This document shows positions 9,556 to 20,177 of a stretch of 49,085 nt of DNA, piece by piece (position 1 is the stretch's first letter; every line of letters begins with the position of its first letter). The stretch is from Coraliomargaritaceae bacterium (GTDB lineage Bacteria; Verrucomicrobiota; Verrucomicrobiia; Opitutales; Coraliomargaritaceae), in the NCBI GenBank assembly GCA_965656495.1, contig CBFHKU010000005.1, positions 1 to 49,085 of the forward strand. The letters are read 5' to 3'. Position numbers and translations under genes: made by a program. The notes below the pieces were generated by a model that saw only the letters and a program-made list of their open reading frames with translations, was not told the origin of the DNA and made no database searches.

Positions 9556-11661
9556 TTAGGCTTCGTTTTCGCGGGCGGCTTTGGGGAGGCGCACCACGTT
9601 GCGAACGGAATGCTTGGTGACAATGTTTCCGCCGGAGCTGCGACCGCGAATCGCGACGTCTTTAAAATGAATTTCTTCTTCGGTTTTGCGGAGCCGGGGA
9701 GCGGGCTTGAGGTTGACTTTGACCGCGTCGGGTGGGCCGTTCTCGGTGGGGTAGGCGGAAAGATAGAAGACGCGGGAACCGGGCTTACCCTTGGTGAGGT
9801 CGTATTCCTTGTCGCGGGTAACGCCGCCAATCGTGAAATGTTTGGCGAGGACGGGGCCGGTTTTGCCGTCGCGGTAAACCATGCAATAGGTGAGGGCGTT
9901 GGGTTCGGCGCGATTGAAGAGATCGATGTGGAGGATGTTTTTACCGAAGAAGGCCTTGTCGCTGACTTTGGAGACGGTGAGTTTGCCTTCCTGATTGATG
10001 GCAATGACATCGCTGAGGGCAGAGCATTTGCAAACGGCCTCGTCTTTTTTCATGCCGATGCCGGCAAAGCCTTCCTTTCGGTCAACATAAAGGGTTTCGT
10101 TGGCGATGACGACATCCTGCGCCACGACTTTATCAAAGGTCGTGAGTTCGGTGCGGCGTTCGCGGCCCTTGCCGTATTTCTTCTGAAGTTCTTTGAACCA
10201 CTTGATGGCGTATTTTGTGAGGTATTTGAGATTTTTCTCGGTCAGGGCGATTTCATCCTCGAGGCCCTTGATGAGTTCATCGGCGCGGAGGGTGTCGTAT
10301 TTCGAAATGCGTTTGATTTTGATTTCGAGGAGGCGAAGGATGTCGTCCCGGGTAATGGGGCGGCGCAGTTTTTTACGGTAGGGTTTGAGTCCTTCGTCCA
10401 CCGTGGCGATGACGGCTTCCCAGGTGGTCTCTTCTTCAATGCGGCGATAGATGCGTTTCTCGATGAAGATTTTCTCAAGGGAGGAGAAGTGCCATTTTTC
10501 CTGAAGCTCAGCGAGTTGGATTTCGAGTTCGAGTTTGAGGAGTTCGCGGGTTTTTTCGGTGGCGAGGTAGAGGAGGTCGGCGGCGGAGAAGAAGTGGGGT
10601 TTTTCGTTCTCGATGACGCAGATGTTGGTGCTGACGGAGACTTCGCAATCGGTGAAGGCGTAGAGGGCCTGCTCGGTGGTTTCGGGGTCGGCGCCTGCCG
10701 GGAGAAAGACGAGGATCTCGACTTGATCGGCGGTGTTGTCCTCCACGCGCGCGATTTTTATTTTACCCTTATCGTTGGCGGAGAGGATGGAATCGATGAG
10801 GGAGGTGGTGGTTTTCCCGAAGGGAAGCTCCGTAATGGCGAGGCAGTTCTTCTTGCGGGTTTCGATGCGGGCGCGGACTTTGACGCGACCGCCGCGTTGA
10901 CCGTTGTTGTAATCGGAATCGTCGGCGATACCGCCGGAGGGGAAATCAGGACGGATTTCGGGGGTTTGTTTGCGGAGGAGGGCAATAGAGCCCTCAAGGA
11001 GTTCGTTGAAGTTATGGGGAAGGATTTTGCAGGCGAGGCCGACCGCGATCCCCTCGGCGCCCTGGGCGAGGAGGAGGGGGAATTTCATGGGGAGGGTCTC
11101 GGGTTCCTTGTTGCGTCCATCGTAGGAGGCGAGCCAGCTGGTGGTCTTGGGGTTAAAGGCGACCTCGAGGGCAAATTTGGAAAGGCGTGCTTCGATGTAG
11201 CGGGGGGCGGCGGCGGAATCTCCGGTTAGGGTGTTGCCCCAGTTGCCCTGCATATCAATGAGGAGGTCTTTTTGCCCCAACTGGACGAGGGCGTCGCCAA
11301 TGGAGGCGTCGCCGTGGGGGTGGTATTTCATGGTATTGCCGATGAGATTGGCGACCTTGTTGTAACGTCCGTCTTCCAATTCGCGCATGGAATGGAGGAT
11401 GCGGCGTTGCACCGGCTTGAGTCCGTCATTGGCATGCGGGACAGCGCGTTCGAGAATGACGTAACTGGCGTAATCGAGGAACCAGTTGCTGAACATATCA
11501 TCGACATGACCGGAATCGGTTTGAAGGTCGAAGATCGAGGGCTCGGATTTTTTGGAATCGGGTTCCGTTGCCTCGCTTGCTGCTGCTGCGGATGCTTCGT
11601 CCGCATCCTCAAGATTAAGTTCAAGGGCTTTATCGGCGGCTGGCTTCTTTTTTCGCGGCAT
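9556..11661 (-). CDS. parC: DNA topoisomerase IV / gyrase-type subunit A
   Basis: DGLKPVQRR, YHPHGD and catalytic AAAPRY. No recognisable GyrA box; short CTD. Confidence 0.85.
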   Translation of the reverse strand: MPRKKKPAADKALELNLEDADEASAAAASEATEPDSKKSEPSIFDLQTDSGHVDDMFSNWFLDYASYVILERAVPHANDGLKPVQRRILHSMRELEDGRYNKVANLIGNTMKYHPHGDASIGDALVQLGQKDLLIDMQGNWGNTLTGDSAAAPRYIEARLSKFALEVAFNPKTTSWLASYDGRNKEPETLPMKFPLLLAQGAEGIAVGLACKILPHNFNELLEGSIALLRKQTPEIRPDFPSGGIADDSDYNNGQRGGRVKVRARIETRKKNCLAITELPFGKTTTSLIDSILSANDKGKIKIARVEDNTADQVEILVFLPAGADPETTEQALYAFTDCEVSVSTNICVIENEKPHFFSAADLLYLATEKTRELLKLELEIQLAELQEKWHFSSLEKIFIEKRIYRRIEEETTWEAVIATVDEGLKPYRKKLRRPITRDDILRLLEIKIKRISKYDTLRADELIKGLEDEIALTEKNLKYLTKYAIKWFKELQKKYGKGRERRTELTTFDKVVAQDVVIANETLYVDRKEGFAGIGMKKDEAVCKCSALSDVIAINQEGKLTVSKVSDKAFFGKNILHIDLFNRAEPNALTYCMVYRDGKTGPVLAKHFTIGGVTRDKEYDLTKGKPGSRVFYLSAYPTENGPPDAVKVNLKPAPRLRKTEEEIHFKDVAIRGRSSGGNIVTKHSVRNVVRLPKAARENEA

Positions 11662-11839
11662 GAAGATGGTGCAATATTCGAGATGAAATGCTTAAGGGTT
11701 TACGAAAAACGAGAGAGCGCCTCTTGTGCAAGGAGAATTGGTGCGTTGGTATTGAAAGGGCGAAAGGTCAGATTGAGAAATATTAAAATTGGTGTCGTTT
11801 GTGCTTATCAATTAAGTAATATTTGGATATAAAATTTAC

Positions 11840-13654
11840 ATGAAAGAAAAAAGCCCCAATGACGCAAAGGAAATAACAAACCACAAGGCCCTCTTGAAGT
11901 GGGTCTCCAAAACGGAAGCGATGTGCGAACCTGATTCGGTGCATTGGTGTGACGGCTCGGAGGAAGAAGCGGAACGTCTTTTTGGGGAAATGGTGGCAAG
12001 TGGGATGTGTATCAAGCTGAACGAGGCGAAGCGACCGAACAGTTATCTGTTTCGTTCGGATCCAAAAGACGTCGCGCGAGTGGAATCCCGGACTTTTATA
12101 TGTACGCAGAGTCGCGATGGTGCGGGCCCGACGAATAACTGGGAGGATCCGGTTGTGATGCGTCGCAAACTCAAAGGACTTTTTAAAGGCTGCATGAAGG
12201 GTCGCACGATGTATGTCATACCATACAGTATGGGGCCGATCGGTGGGCCGATTTCCAAGATCGGGGTAGAAATAACAGACTCGCCCTATGTGGTGGTGAA
12301 CATGCGAATCATGGCGCGCATCGGGCAGGCAGTCCTGAATGCATTGGGCGATCGCGGTTTTTTCATTCCTTGCCTGCATTCGGTCGGTCAACCGCTGGCG
12401 CCGGGTGCGGAGGATGTGCCGTGGCCCTGTGACCCGCCCAATACCCACATTGTGCATTTCCCGGAAGAACGGGCGATTGTTTCCTACGGTTCGGGCTATG
12501 GTGGCAATGCCTTGCTGGGTAAGAAGTGTCTTGCTCTGCGCATCGCCTCCGTTCTGGCGCATGACGAGGGTTGGATGGCGGAGCACATGTTGATTCTCGG
12601 GGTGGAGGAACCCTCCGGTGAAAAGACTTACGTAGCGGCGGCTTTCCCGAGTGCCTGCGGCAAAACCAATTTTGCGATGTTGATTCCGCCGAAAGCGATG
12701 GAGGGTTACAAGGTGACCTGCGTGGGGGATGATATTGCGTGGTTAAAGCCGGGGCCGGATGGCGCCTTGTATGCCATCAATCCCGAAGCGGGTTTCTTTG
12801 GGGTCGCTCCTGGAACCTCGAAACAGACTAATCCCAGCGCTATGACTTCCTGCGCGCGCGATACGATTTTTACCAACGTGGCATTGACGGATGACGGCGA
12901 TGTTTGGTGGGAGGGGATGACGGAGGAACCGCCCGCGCATTTGATTGACTGGTTGGGGAATGATTGGACTCCGGATTGCGAAACCCTCGCGGCGCATCCC
13001 AATAGCCGTTTTACCGCTCCGGCGGCGAATTGCCCGGTGATCGACGCGGATTGGGAAAAACCGGAAGGGGTGCGGATCGATGCGATTGCTTTTGGGGGAC
13101 GCCGGATGCGGGATGAACCGATGGTGGCGCAGGCCTTCAACTGGGGTCATGGGGTTTACCTTGGTGCGACGATTGGTTCTGAAATGACGGCGGCGGCGGA
13201 GGGGCAGCTCGGGCAGGTGCGTCGTGACCCGATGGCGATGTTGCCGTTTTGCGGTTATAACATGGGGGACTATTTCCGGCACTGGTTTAAGATGCGGAAT
13301 AACATCCAGCATTTACCAAAAATATTTAAGGTTAACTGGTTCCGCAAGTCTGAGGAGGGTGCCTTCCTGTGGCCTGGCTACGGGGAAAATATGCGTCCGC
13401 TGCGGTGGATGGTGGAACGTGCAAACGGTCGGGTTGGTGCGTTTGAAACCCCGATTGGCTGGATGCCGCATTACGAGGATATCGACTGGCGCGGTCTGGA
13501 TTTCTCGCGGGCGGACTTTGAAGCCCTGATGAAAATCGACCGACCGACGCTGCGGATGCAAACCCTCGCGCACGAGGAGCTGTTCCTTAAATTATTTGAA
13601 CACTTGCCCAAAGAGATGATCTTTGAGCGCGAGTTGTTGATTTCACGTCTCTAG
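11840..13654 (+). CDS. pckG: Phosphoenolpyruvate carboxykinase (GTP)
   Basis: [36 protein letters not shown] and [11 protein letters not shown]. Confidence 0.97.
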   Translation: MKEKSPNDAKEITNHKALLKWVSKTEAMCEPDSVHWCDGSEEEAERLFGEMVASGMCIKLNEAKRPNSYLFRSDPKDVARVESRTFICTQSRDGAGPTNNWEDPVVMRRKLKGLFKGCMKGRTMYVIPYSMGPIGGPISKIGVEITDSPYVVVNMRIMARIGQAVLNALGDRGFFIPCLHSVGQPLAPGAEDVPWPCDPPNTHIVHFPEERAIVSYGSGYGGNALLGKKCLALRIASVLAHDEGWMAEHMLILGVEEPSGEKTYVAAAFPSACGKTNFAMLIPPKAMEGYKVTCVGDDIAWLKPGPDGALYAINPEAGFFGVAPGTSKQTNPSAMTSCARDTIFTNVALTDDGDVWWEGMTEEPPAHLIDWLGNDWTPDCETLAAHPNSRFTAPAANCPVIDADWEKPEGVRIDAIAFGGRRMRDEPMVAQAFNWGHGVYLGATIGSEMTAAAEGQLGQVRRDPMAMLPFCGYNMGDYFRHWFKMRNNIQHLPKIFKVNWFRKSEEGAFLWPGYGENMRPLRWMVERANGRVGAFETPIGWMPHYEDIDWRGLDFSRADFEALMKIDRPTLRMQTLAHEELFLKLFEHLPKEMIFERELLISRL

Positions 13655-13765
13655 GTCAGGTTTTTAATGACTTAGCTTGAATGGTATATTTTAGCGCACC
13701 CTGCCTTGACTTGGAGTGAAAGCTTAACTTTTCTCATCAAATTGTTTGAATCCTGACTACTTGCT

Positions 13766-16700
13766 ATGAAGAAAAAATTGCTCGTCGCAAACCGCAGTGA
13801 AATTGCGGTCCGAATTTTCCGCAGTGCCACTGAACTGGCGCACCGCACCGTCGCGATTTATGCGAAGGAAGACCGCTTCGGGGTGCACCGTTTTAAGGCC
13901 GACGAATCCTATTTGGTGGGCGAGGGCAAAGGGCCGGTGGCGGCTTATCTGGATATTGACAGCATCATCGCCCTGGCGAAGAGCAACGGCGTGGATTGTA
14001 TCCACCCGGGTTACGGTTTCCTTTCCGAGAATGCCGGATTCGCCAATGCTTGTGAAGCGAGTGGCATTTCCTTCATTGGACCCAGCTCTGACTTGCTGGC
14101 ACGCATGGGCGACAAGATCGAGGCCCGTAAAATTGCCGATCAAGCGGCGGTGCCAACCCTCCCCGGTACTGAAGATCCGGTAAAGGATCCCAAGGAGGCG
14201 ATGCGAATCGCGAAAAAGATTGGCTTCCCTTTGATTATCAAAGCGGCCTTCGGCGGCGGCGGGCGCGGCATGCGTGTTGTAAAGGATCCCAAGGATTTGA
14301 AGGCCAGCCTCGAAGAAGCACAGGGCGAGGCACAGCGCGCCTTCGGGAATGCCTCGGTTTTCCTCGAGCGCTATATTGAACGCGCCAAGCATATCGAGGT
14401 GCAGATCCTCGGAGACAAACAGGGCAATGTCGTGCACCTGCACGAGCGTGATTGCTCCGTTCAGCGCCGTCACCAAAAGGTCGTTGAAATCGCCCCTTCT
14501 ATTGGTCTGCCCGACGAAGTCCGCAGCGATCTCTGCGATGCCGCCGTGAAAATCGCGAAGTCCATCGGCTACTACAGTGCCGGTACGGTGGAATTCCTCT
14601 ACGACCTCGACACCGATGAATGGTTCTTTATCGAGATGAACCCCCGCATTCAGGTCGAGCACACCGTGACCGAGGTCATTACCGGAATCGATATTGTGCG
14701 GAGCCAGATTCTCATTGCGGAGGGTCACAGTCTCCACAGCAAGACGGTCGGCATCCCCAAGCAGGAAGACATCCCCCGCAACGGCGTCGCGATTCAGGCG
14801 CGTATCACGACCGAGGATCCTGAAAAGAATTTTGCGCCGGATTACGGCAAGATCGTGAACTACCGCTCCGCCGCTGGTTTCGGCATCCGTCTTGACGGTG
14901 CGATGGGCGATACCGGTGCAGTCATCACACCCTATTACGATTCCCTGCTGGTGAAGCTCACCGCCTCGGCCCGCACCTTTGAACTCGCCATCCAGCGAAT
15001 GGATCGCGCCCTCCGCGAGATGCGCATTCGCGGGGTGAAGACCAACATCCCCTTTATCGAAAACGTCGTAAACCACCCGATCTTCATCTCGGGCAAGGCC
15101 ACCACGACCCTCATCGACACCTCCAAGGAACTCTTCGATTTCAAGCGCCGCCGCGACCGCGCCACGAAACTCCTCAATCTCCTCGGTGAAACCATCGTGA
15201 ACGGCAATGATCAGGTAAAGGGCCGTCCGGTGCCGGTGATGGATCTTCCTGTTATCGTTCCAGAGGTCGACCATTCCCGCAAGTTGCCCAAAGGTACCAA
15301 GGATTATCTCGTAAAGCACGGCCCCGAGAAGTTTGCAGAGTGGACCCGTTCCCAAAAGAAACTCCTCGTTACCGACACCACCATGCGCGACGCGCACCAG
15401 TCCCTGCTGGCGGCCCGAATGCGCAGTTACGATCAGCTCATCGTAGCCGATTCCATCGCACAGCGCGCCGGCGATCTCTTCTCCCTCGAGTGCTGGGGTG
15501 GCGCGACCTTCGACACCTCCATGCGCTTCCTGCATGAGAACCCCTTTAAACGTCTGCAGCGCCTCCGTGAACGCATCCCGAATGTTTGTTTCCAGATGCT
15601 CCTGCGCGGCGCCAACGGGGTGGGCTACTCCAATTACCCCGACAACGTCATTCGCGGATTCATCAAACACTCCGCGGAATCCGGCATGGATATTTTTCGC
15701 GTCTTCGATTCCCTGAATTATCTGCCGAATCTCAAGGTTGCGATGGAATCCATTCGCAAACACACCAACTCGGTTTGTGAAGCCACGATTTGCTACACCG
15801 GCGACATCCTCGACACCAAGCGCGACAAATATACCCTCAAGTATTATGTCGAAATGGCGCAGGAACTCGAGCGCATGGGCGCGCACATGCTGGCCCTCAA
15901 GGATATGTCCGGTCTCTGTACCCCGCACGCCGTCTATAAACTCGTGAAAGCCCTCCGCGAAAAAATCGGCATCCCGGTGCATTTCCACACCCACGATTCC
16001 TCCGGTATCGCTGGTGCCTCCATCATTAAAGCCGCCGAAGCAGGCGTCGATGTGGTCGATCTCGCAGTCTCGTCCCTCTCCGGCTTGACCTCGCAGCCCA
16101 ACCTCAACTCGATTGTCAACGCCCTGCGCGGCAATACCCGCGACACCAAGCTCGACCTCGAATTCTTCAACGAGCTCTCCATCTATTGGGAGGCGGTGCG
16201 CCAGTTCTACGGTCCCTTCGATACCAGCCCCAAGTTTGGCTCGGCGGAGGTCTACACCCACGAAATGCCCGGCGGGCAATACACCAACCTGCGCGAGCAG
16301 GCGCGGGCCCTCGGTCTCGGTGCCCGTTGGCCGGAAGTCGTCCGTTATTACCATGAGGTCAACGAACTCCTCGGCGATATCGTCAAAGTGACCCCCTCCT
16401 CCAAAGTGGTGGGCGACCTCTCGATGTTCCTCCTTACCAAGGGCGTCGAACCCGCTGACCTCGTCAACCTCGAACCCGGCACCGCCTTCCCGGAATCGGT
16501 GGTCGATATGCTCTCCGGCGGACTCGGTCAGCCCAAGGGCGGTTGGCCCAAAGCGGTACAGAAGGTCGTCCTCGGGGACCGCAAACCCTTCAAGGGCCGT
16601 CCTAGCAGCCGCGCCGAAAAGGTCGATCTCGAAGCGACCCGTGCCGATCTCAAGAAACGCTTCAAGCGTCCGATCACCGACGACGATCTCTACGCATACC

Positions 16701-17206
16701 TCATGTACCCGCAGGTTTTTGCCGATCTGGATAATTTCGTGAAGGATTACGGTCACGCCCGCGTATTGCCAACGCCCGCCTTCTTCTACGGACTCAAGCC
16801 CGGCGAGGAAATCACGGTTGAAATTGAACAGGGCAAGAACCTCATCATCAAACTCATCTACGTTTCCGATCCCAACGAGAGCGGCGAGCGCACCCTTACC
16901 TTTGAACTCAACGGTCGCGCCCGCGAATGCGTCATCCTCGACCGTTCCGTCAAGAGCGAGACCCGCAAACGTGCCAAGGCCGATCCCGCCAACAACAAAG
17001 AGGTCGGTGCGCCCATCCCCGCGATGGTCAGCAGTGTCACCGCCACGGTCGGGCAAAAGGTCAAGGCCAAGGAAAAACTCTGCGTGCTCGAAGCGATGAA
17101 GATGCAAACCACCGTTTACGCCCTCACCGACGGCGTGGTGGAGAGTATTGAGGTGCAGACCGGCGACCAAGTCGACAGCAAGGATCTCCTCGTGCGCCTG
17201 CGCTAG
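13766..17206 (+). CDS. pyc: Pyruvate carboxylase
   Basis: BC domain (ANRSEIA, GGGGRGM, ERDCSVQRRHQK), CT domain (RDAHQS, KDMSG, HTHD) and biotin motif EAMKM. Confidence 0.98.
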   Translation: MKKKLLVANRSEIAVRIFRSATELAHRTVAIYAKEDRFGVHRFKADESYLVGEGKGPVAAYLDIDSIIALAKSNGVDCIHPGYGFLSENAGFANACEASGISFIGPSSDLLARMGDKIEARKIADQAAVPTLPGTEDPVKDPKEAMRIAKKIGFPLIIKAAFGGGGRGMRVVKDPKDLKASLEEAQGEAQRAFGNASVFLERYIERAKHIEVQILGDKQGNVVHLHERDCSVQRRHQKVVEIAPSIGLPDEVRSDLCDAAVKIAKSIGYYSAGTVEFLYDLDTDEWFFIEMNPRIQVEHTVTEVITGIDIVRSQILIAEGHSLHSKTVGIPKQEDIPRNGVAIQARITTEDPEKNFAPDYGKIVNYRSAAGFGIRLDGAMGDTGAVITPYYDSLLVKLTASARTFELAIQRMDRALREMRIRGVKTNIPFIENVVNHPIFISGKATTTLIDTSKELFDFKRRRDRATKLLNLLGETIVNGNDQVKGRPVPVMDLPVIVPEVDHSRKLPKGTKDYLVKHGPEKFAEWTRSQKKLLVTDTTMRDAHQSLLAARMRSYDQLIVADSIAQRAGDLFSLECWGGATFDTSMRFLHENPFKRLQRLRERIPNVCFQMLLRGANGVGYSNYPDNVIRGFIKHSAESGMDIFRVFDSLNYLPNLKVAMESIRKHTNSVCEATICYTGDILDTKRDKYTLKYYVEMAQELERMGAHMLALKDMSGLCTPHAVYKLVKALREKIGIPVHFHTHDSSGIAGASIIKAAEAGVDVVDLAVSSLSGLTSQPNLNSIVNALRGNTRDTKLDLEFFNELSIYWEAVRQFYGPFDTSPKFGSAEVYTHEMPGGQYTNLREQARALGLGARWPEVVRYYHEVNELLGDIVKVTPSSKVVGDLSMFLLTKGVEPADLVNLEPGTAFPESVVDMLSGGLGQPKGGWPKAVQKVVLGDRKPFKGRPSSRAEKVDLEATRADLKKRFKRPITDDDLYAYLMYPQVFADLDNFVKDYGHARVLPTPAFFYGLKPGEEITVEIEQGKNLIIKLIYVSDPNESGERTLTFELNGRARECVILDRSVKSETRKRAKADPANNKEVGAPIPAMVSSVTATVGQKVKAKEKLCVLEAMKMQTTVYALTDGVVESIEVQTGDQVDSKDLLVRLR

Positions 17207-17214
17207 GTAAGGTC

Positions 17215-19071
17215 CTACGCCACTGCGGCTTCGGCGCTGTCTTTCTCGACCTTGAGGTTTTCGATGATGAATTCCTGGCGTTCGGGGGTGTTCTTGCCCA
17301 TGTAGAAGGTCAGGAGGTCTTGGGTGGTCATGCCCTTGGGGATGATGACGGGGTCGAGGCGGATGTTCTTGCCGATGAAGTGACTGAATTCGTCGGGGGA
17401 GATTTCACCGAGTCCTTTGAAACGGGTAATTTCGGGCTTGGGGCTGCATTCCTCGATTGCGGCAAGGCGTTCTTCTTCGCTGTAGCAATAGCGGGTGACT
17501 TTCTTGTTGCGAACGCGGAAGAGGGGGGTCTGGAGAATGTGGAGGTGTCCCTGCCGAATGAGCTCGGGGAAGAATTGGAGGAAGAAGGTGATGAGGAGGA
17601 GGCGGATGTGCATGCCGTCGACGTCGGCATCGGTCGCGATCACGACGTTGTTGTAACGGAGGCCTTCGATCCCGTTCTCGATATTAAGGGCGTCCTGGAG
17701 GAGGTTGAATTCCTCGTTTTCGTAGACGATTTTTTTGGTGAGCCCGAAGGAGTTGAGAGGTTTGCCTTTCAGGGAGAAGACCGCCTGTGAGTTGACGTCG
17801 CGGGCCTTGGTAATGGAACCGGAAGCGGAGTCGCCCTCGGTGATGAAGAGGGTGGAATCGAGGCGTCCGGTTTTTTTGGTGTCGAGGTGGACGCGGCAAT
17901 CGCGGAGTTTTTTGTTGTGAACCTTGGCTTTTTTGGCGCGTTCGCGGGCGAGTTTTTGGATGCCCTTGAGTTCTTTGCGGTTGCGCTCGGCTTCCTGAAT
18001 TTTTTCGAGGAGGGCTTTGGCGGTTTCGGGTTCGCGGTGCAGGTAATTGTCGAGGGCCTGCTTGATGAAGTTTGCCATGAAGCTGCGAACGGTGGGGCCT
18101 TTGGGGCCCATGTCCTGTGAGCCGAGCTTGGTCTTGGTCTGGGATTCAAAGACGGGTTCCTCGACCTTGATGCTGACGGCGGCGCAGATGGAGGTGCGGA
18201 TATCGACCGCATCAAAATCCTTTTTGAAGAAATCCTTGATGGTCTTGGCGAGGGCCTCGCGGAAAGCGGCGAGGTGGGTGCCGCCCATGGTGGTGTGCTG
18301 GCCATTGACGAAGGAGTAGTAATCCTCGCCGTAGGCGTTGTTGTGGGTAAAGGCGATTTCGATGTCCTTGTCCTTTAGGTGGGCGATGGGGTAGAGCGGT
18401 TCGCCGTCGAGTTTGTTTTCGAGGAGATCGCGGAGACCGTTCTCGGATTTGAATTTTTTACCGTTGTAGAGGAGGGTAAGGCCGCTGTTGAGGTAGGCGT
18501 AATTCCAGAGCATGTCTTCGACGTAATCGTCGCGGAAGCGGCACTTGCCGAAAATCTCGGGGTCGGGATCGAAGCGGAGTTCGGTGCCGGAGCTGGCGTC
18601 TTTGGGCGCGGCTTTGTCGCGTTTATCCTCGCTTGTGACCTCGCCGCGGGCAAATTGCACGGCGCGGGTTTTGCCTTCGCGAAAGGCTTGAATGGTGAAC
18701 TCGGAGGAAAGGGCGTTGACGGCTTTGATGCCGACTCCGTTGAGGCCGACGGATTTCTTGAAGGCCTCGGAATCGTATTTCGCGCCGGTGTTGATTTTAG
18801 AGGCGCAATCCTTGAGTTTGCCGAGGGGGATGCCGCGCCCGTGGTCGCGCACGTAGACGTGGGTGCCGTCGATATTGACCTCAATCGTTTTGCCGTGCCC
18901 CATGACGAATTCGTCGATGGAGTTGTCGATGACCTCCTTCAGGAGAATGTAGATGCCGTCGTCGGGGGAAGCGCCGTCCCCGAGTTTCCCGATATACATA
19001 CCGGGGCGGAGGCGGATGTGCGCCTTCCAATCGAGGGATTTGATGCTGTCTTCGTTGTATTTTTCGGCCAT
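17215..19071 (-). CDS. parE: DNA topoisomerase IV / gyrase-type subunit B
   Basis: [39 protein letters not shown] and RFKGLGE. Confidence 0.9.
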   Translation of the reverse strand: MAEKYNEDSIKSLDWKAHIRLRPGMYIGKLGDGASPDDGIYILLKEVIDNSIDEFVMGHGKTIEVNIDGTHVYVRDHGRGIPLGKLKDCASKINTGAKYDSEAFKKSVGLNGVGIKAVNALSSEFTIQAFREGKTRAVQFARGEVTSEDKRDKAAPKDASSGTELRFDPDPEIFGKCRFRDDYVEDMLWNYAYLNSGLTLLYNGKKFKSENGLRDLLENKLDGEPLYPIAHLKDKDIEIAFTHNNAYGEDYYSFVNGQHTTMGGTHLAAFREALAKTIKDFFKKDFDAVDIRTSICAAVSIKVEEPVFESQTKTKLGSQDMGPKGPTVRSFMANFIKQALDNYLHREPETAKALLEKIQEAERNRKELKGIQKLARERAKKAKVHNKKLRDCRVHLDTKKTGRLDSTLFITEGDSASGSITKARDVNSQAVFSLKGKPLNSFGLTKKIVYENEEFNLLQDALNIENGIEGLRYNNVVIATDADVDGMHIRLLLITFFLQFFPELIRQGHLHILQTPLFRVRNKKVTRYCYSEEERLAAIEECSPKPEITRFKGLGEISPDEFSHFIGKNIRLDPVIIPKGMTTQDLLTFYMGKNTPERQEFIIENLKVEKDSAEAAVA

Positions 19072-19158
19072 GGTAACGGTGGTAGTGGAATTATTGGGTA
19101 TTCAGGAATCCGGCGGCGGAGCAGACCGGGAGGAAGCGGTAATCAAGAAAGGGATTCT

Positions 19159-19416
19159 TCAATATCTTTGGCAGTTACGCTCATTTTCAATCAAGGCCGC
19201 AAGGTCGGGTGTACTGGCAGAAGCGGTTTGGATAGACGGCTTGGCGATGAAGCGAGCGCCTCGCAGTTCTATCGTGGGCGCGCGGACCTTGCGCCGGAGA
19301 TGGATTTCGCCGTCCTCAAAAGTAGCGGCAAGCGGGGCGCTGCAGCTAAGGTCTGTCTTGGTACGCATTTCTGAAGGGATGACTACCCGATCGGCTCTGT
19401 TTCTATCAATTGCCAT
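19159..19416 (-). CDS. AbrB/MazE/SpoVT-type DNA-binding protein (orphan antitoxin, possibly degenerate)
   Basis: IDR...RVVIPSEMR...FEDGEIHL resembles the swapped-hairpin signature. A TTGACT -35 lies upstream; no toxin ORF follows. Confidence 0.55.
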   Translation of the reverse strand: MAIDRNRADRVVIPSEMRTKTDLSCSAPLAATFEDGEIHLRRKVRAPTIELRGARFIAKPSIQTASASTPDLAALIENERNCQRY

Positions 19417-19482
19417 ATAATAAATTACGGTATATGAAATCCTGGAGTCAAGGTGCCGATCAAAAGAAGCTGAGGGAAAGAA

Positions 19483-19884
19483 TTACCAGATGGTTTGGAC
19501 GCAGTTGGAGGCGGTGATGTGTCGGTCGCGGGTGATGAGGGGTAGTTTGTGGTAGAGTGCGGTGGCGACGATGCTGCGGTCGAAGGGGTCGGACTGCGGG
19601 AGGGGCAGTTCGTAGGCGGTGGCGGCGATCGCTGCGTTGATCGGGAGAACCTGAAAATTAGCCTCGATGCCTTTCAGAAGTATATTAATTGGTTGCCCTT
19701 CTGGGATGCGCCCTTTGTGCCATAAGATCGAAATCTCCAGAAGGCTGATGTCGGCGATAGCCAGCTGCTTGGCTGGCGTGGTATCGGCGATGATCCGGGT
19801 ATTTTGACCCACTCTCGGATCATTTTCCACCAGCCAGATAATCGCGTGGGTATCAACGAGATAGCTTAGAGCGAGGCCTTCCAT
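19483..19884 (-). CDS. vapC: PIN-domain toxin (VapC family)
   Basis: LVDTHAIIW, ISLLEI, DPFDRSIVATA and LITRD motifs. Overlaps the antitoxin 3' end. Confidence 0.9.
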   Translation of the reverse strand: MEGLALSYLVDTHAIIWLVENDPRVGQNTRIIADTTPAKQLAIADISLLEISILWHKGRIPEGQPINILLKGIEANFQVLPINAAIAATAYELPLPQSDPFDRSIVATALYHKLPLITRDRHITASNCVQTIW

Positions 19885-20093
19885 TCGTCTTCCGTGGTGG
19901 TAGGCTTGTCGAGGTCGTCATCGAGGTAGCCAAACATTCCCTTCATGCAACCCAGGACGGACTTGCCTTCCGGTTTTTCGGCAGTGATCCGCAGGTCGCC
20001 CTCGCGGGTCTGCACAATCACGTCCTCCCCGGCCAGCACCGTGCGCCGGACTTTTGGGAATTCCCGCAGGAGGGTGCTTACGTTCGTTTTCAT
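19866..20093 (-). CDS. Type II TA antitoxin (Phd/YefM-like)
   Basis: 75-aa ORF upstream of and overlapping a PIN toxin. N-terminal NVSTLLREF...V.AGEDVIV Phd-like pattern; acidic C-terminus. Confidence 0.75.
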   Translation of the reverse strand: MKTNVSTLLREFPKVRRTVLAGEDVIVQTREGDLRITAEKPEGKSVLGCMKGMFGYLDDDLDKPTTTEDEWKASL

Positions 20094-20101
20094 GGTTTGA
20101 T

Positions 20102-20130
20102 AATTTGTCAAATGATTTGTCAAATGTCAA
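20102..20130 (-). promoter_or_regulatory. TA promoter with tandem palindromic operator
   Basis: TTGACA, 17 nt, CAAATT, 8 nt, ATG. Two ATTTG-T-CAAAT palindromes at 20103-20113 and 20115-20125. Confidence 0.7.
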
Positions 20131-20177
20131 GGGGGACGAAAAAGCCCCGTTGGTTATGGCATTTTACTGAGGCTCGC

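Noticed and set aside
9610..11229. 539-aa antisense ORF (and similar ones opposite aroC, rpsA, thyA, parE and DUF1501)
   Set aside because: Shadow ORFs of well-supported genes in GC-rich DNA.
13757..17170. 1137-aa antisense ORF
   Set aside because: Mirror frame of pyc caused by codon bias; no protein motifs.
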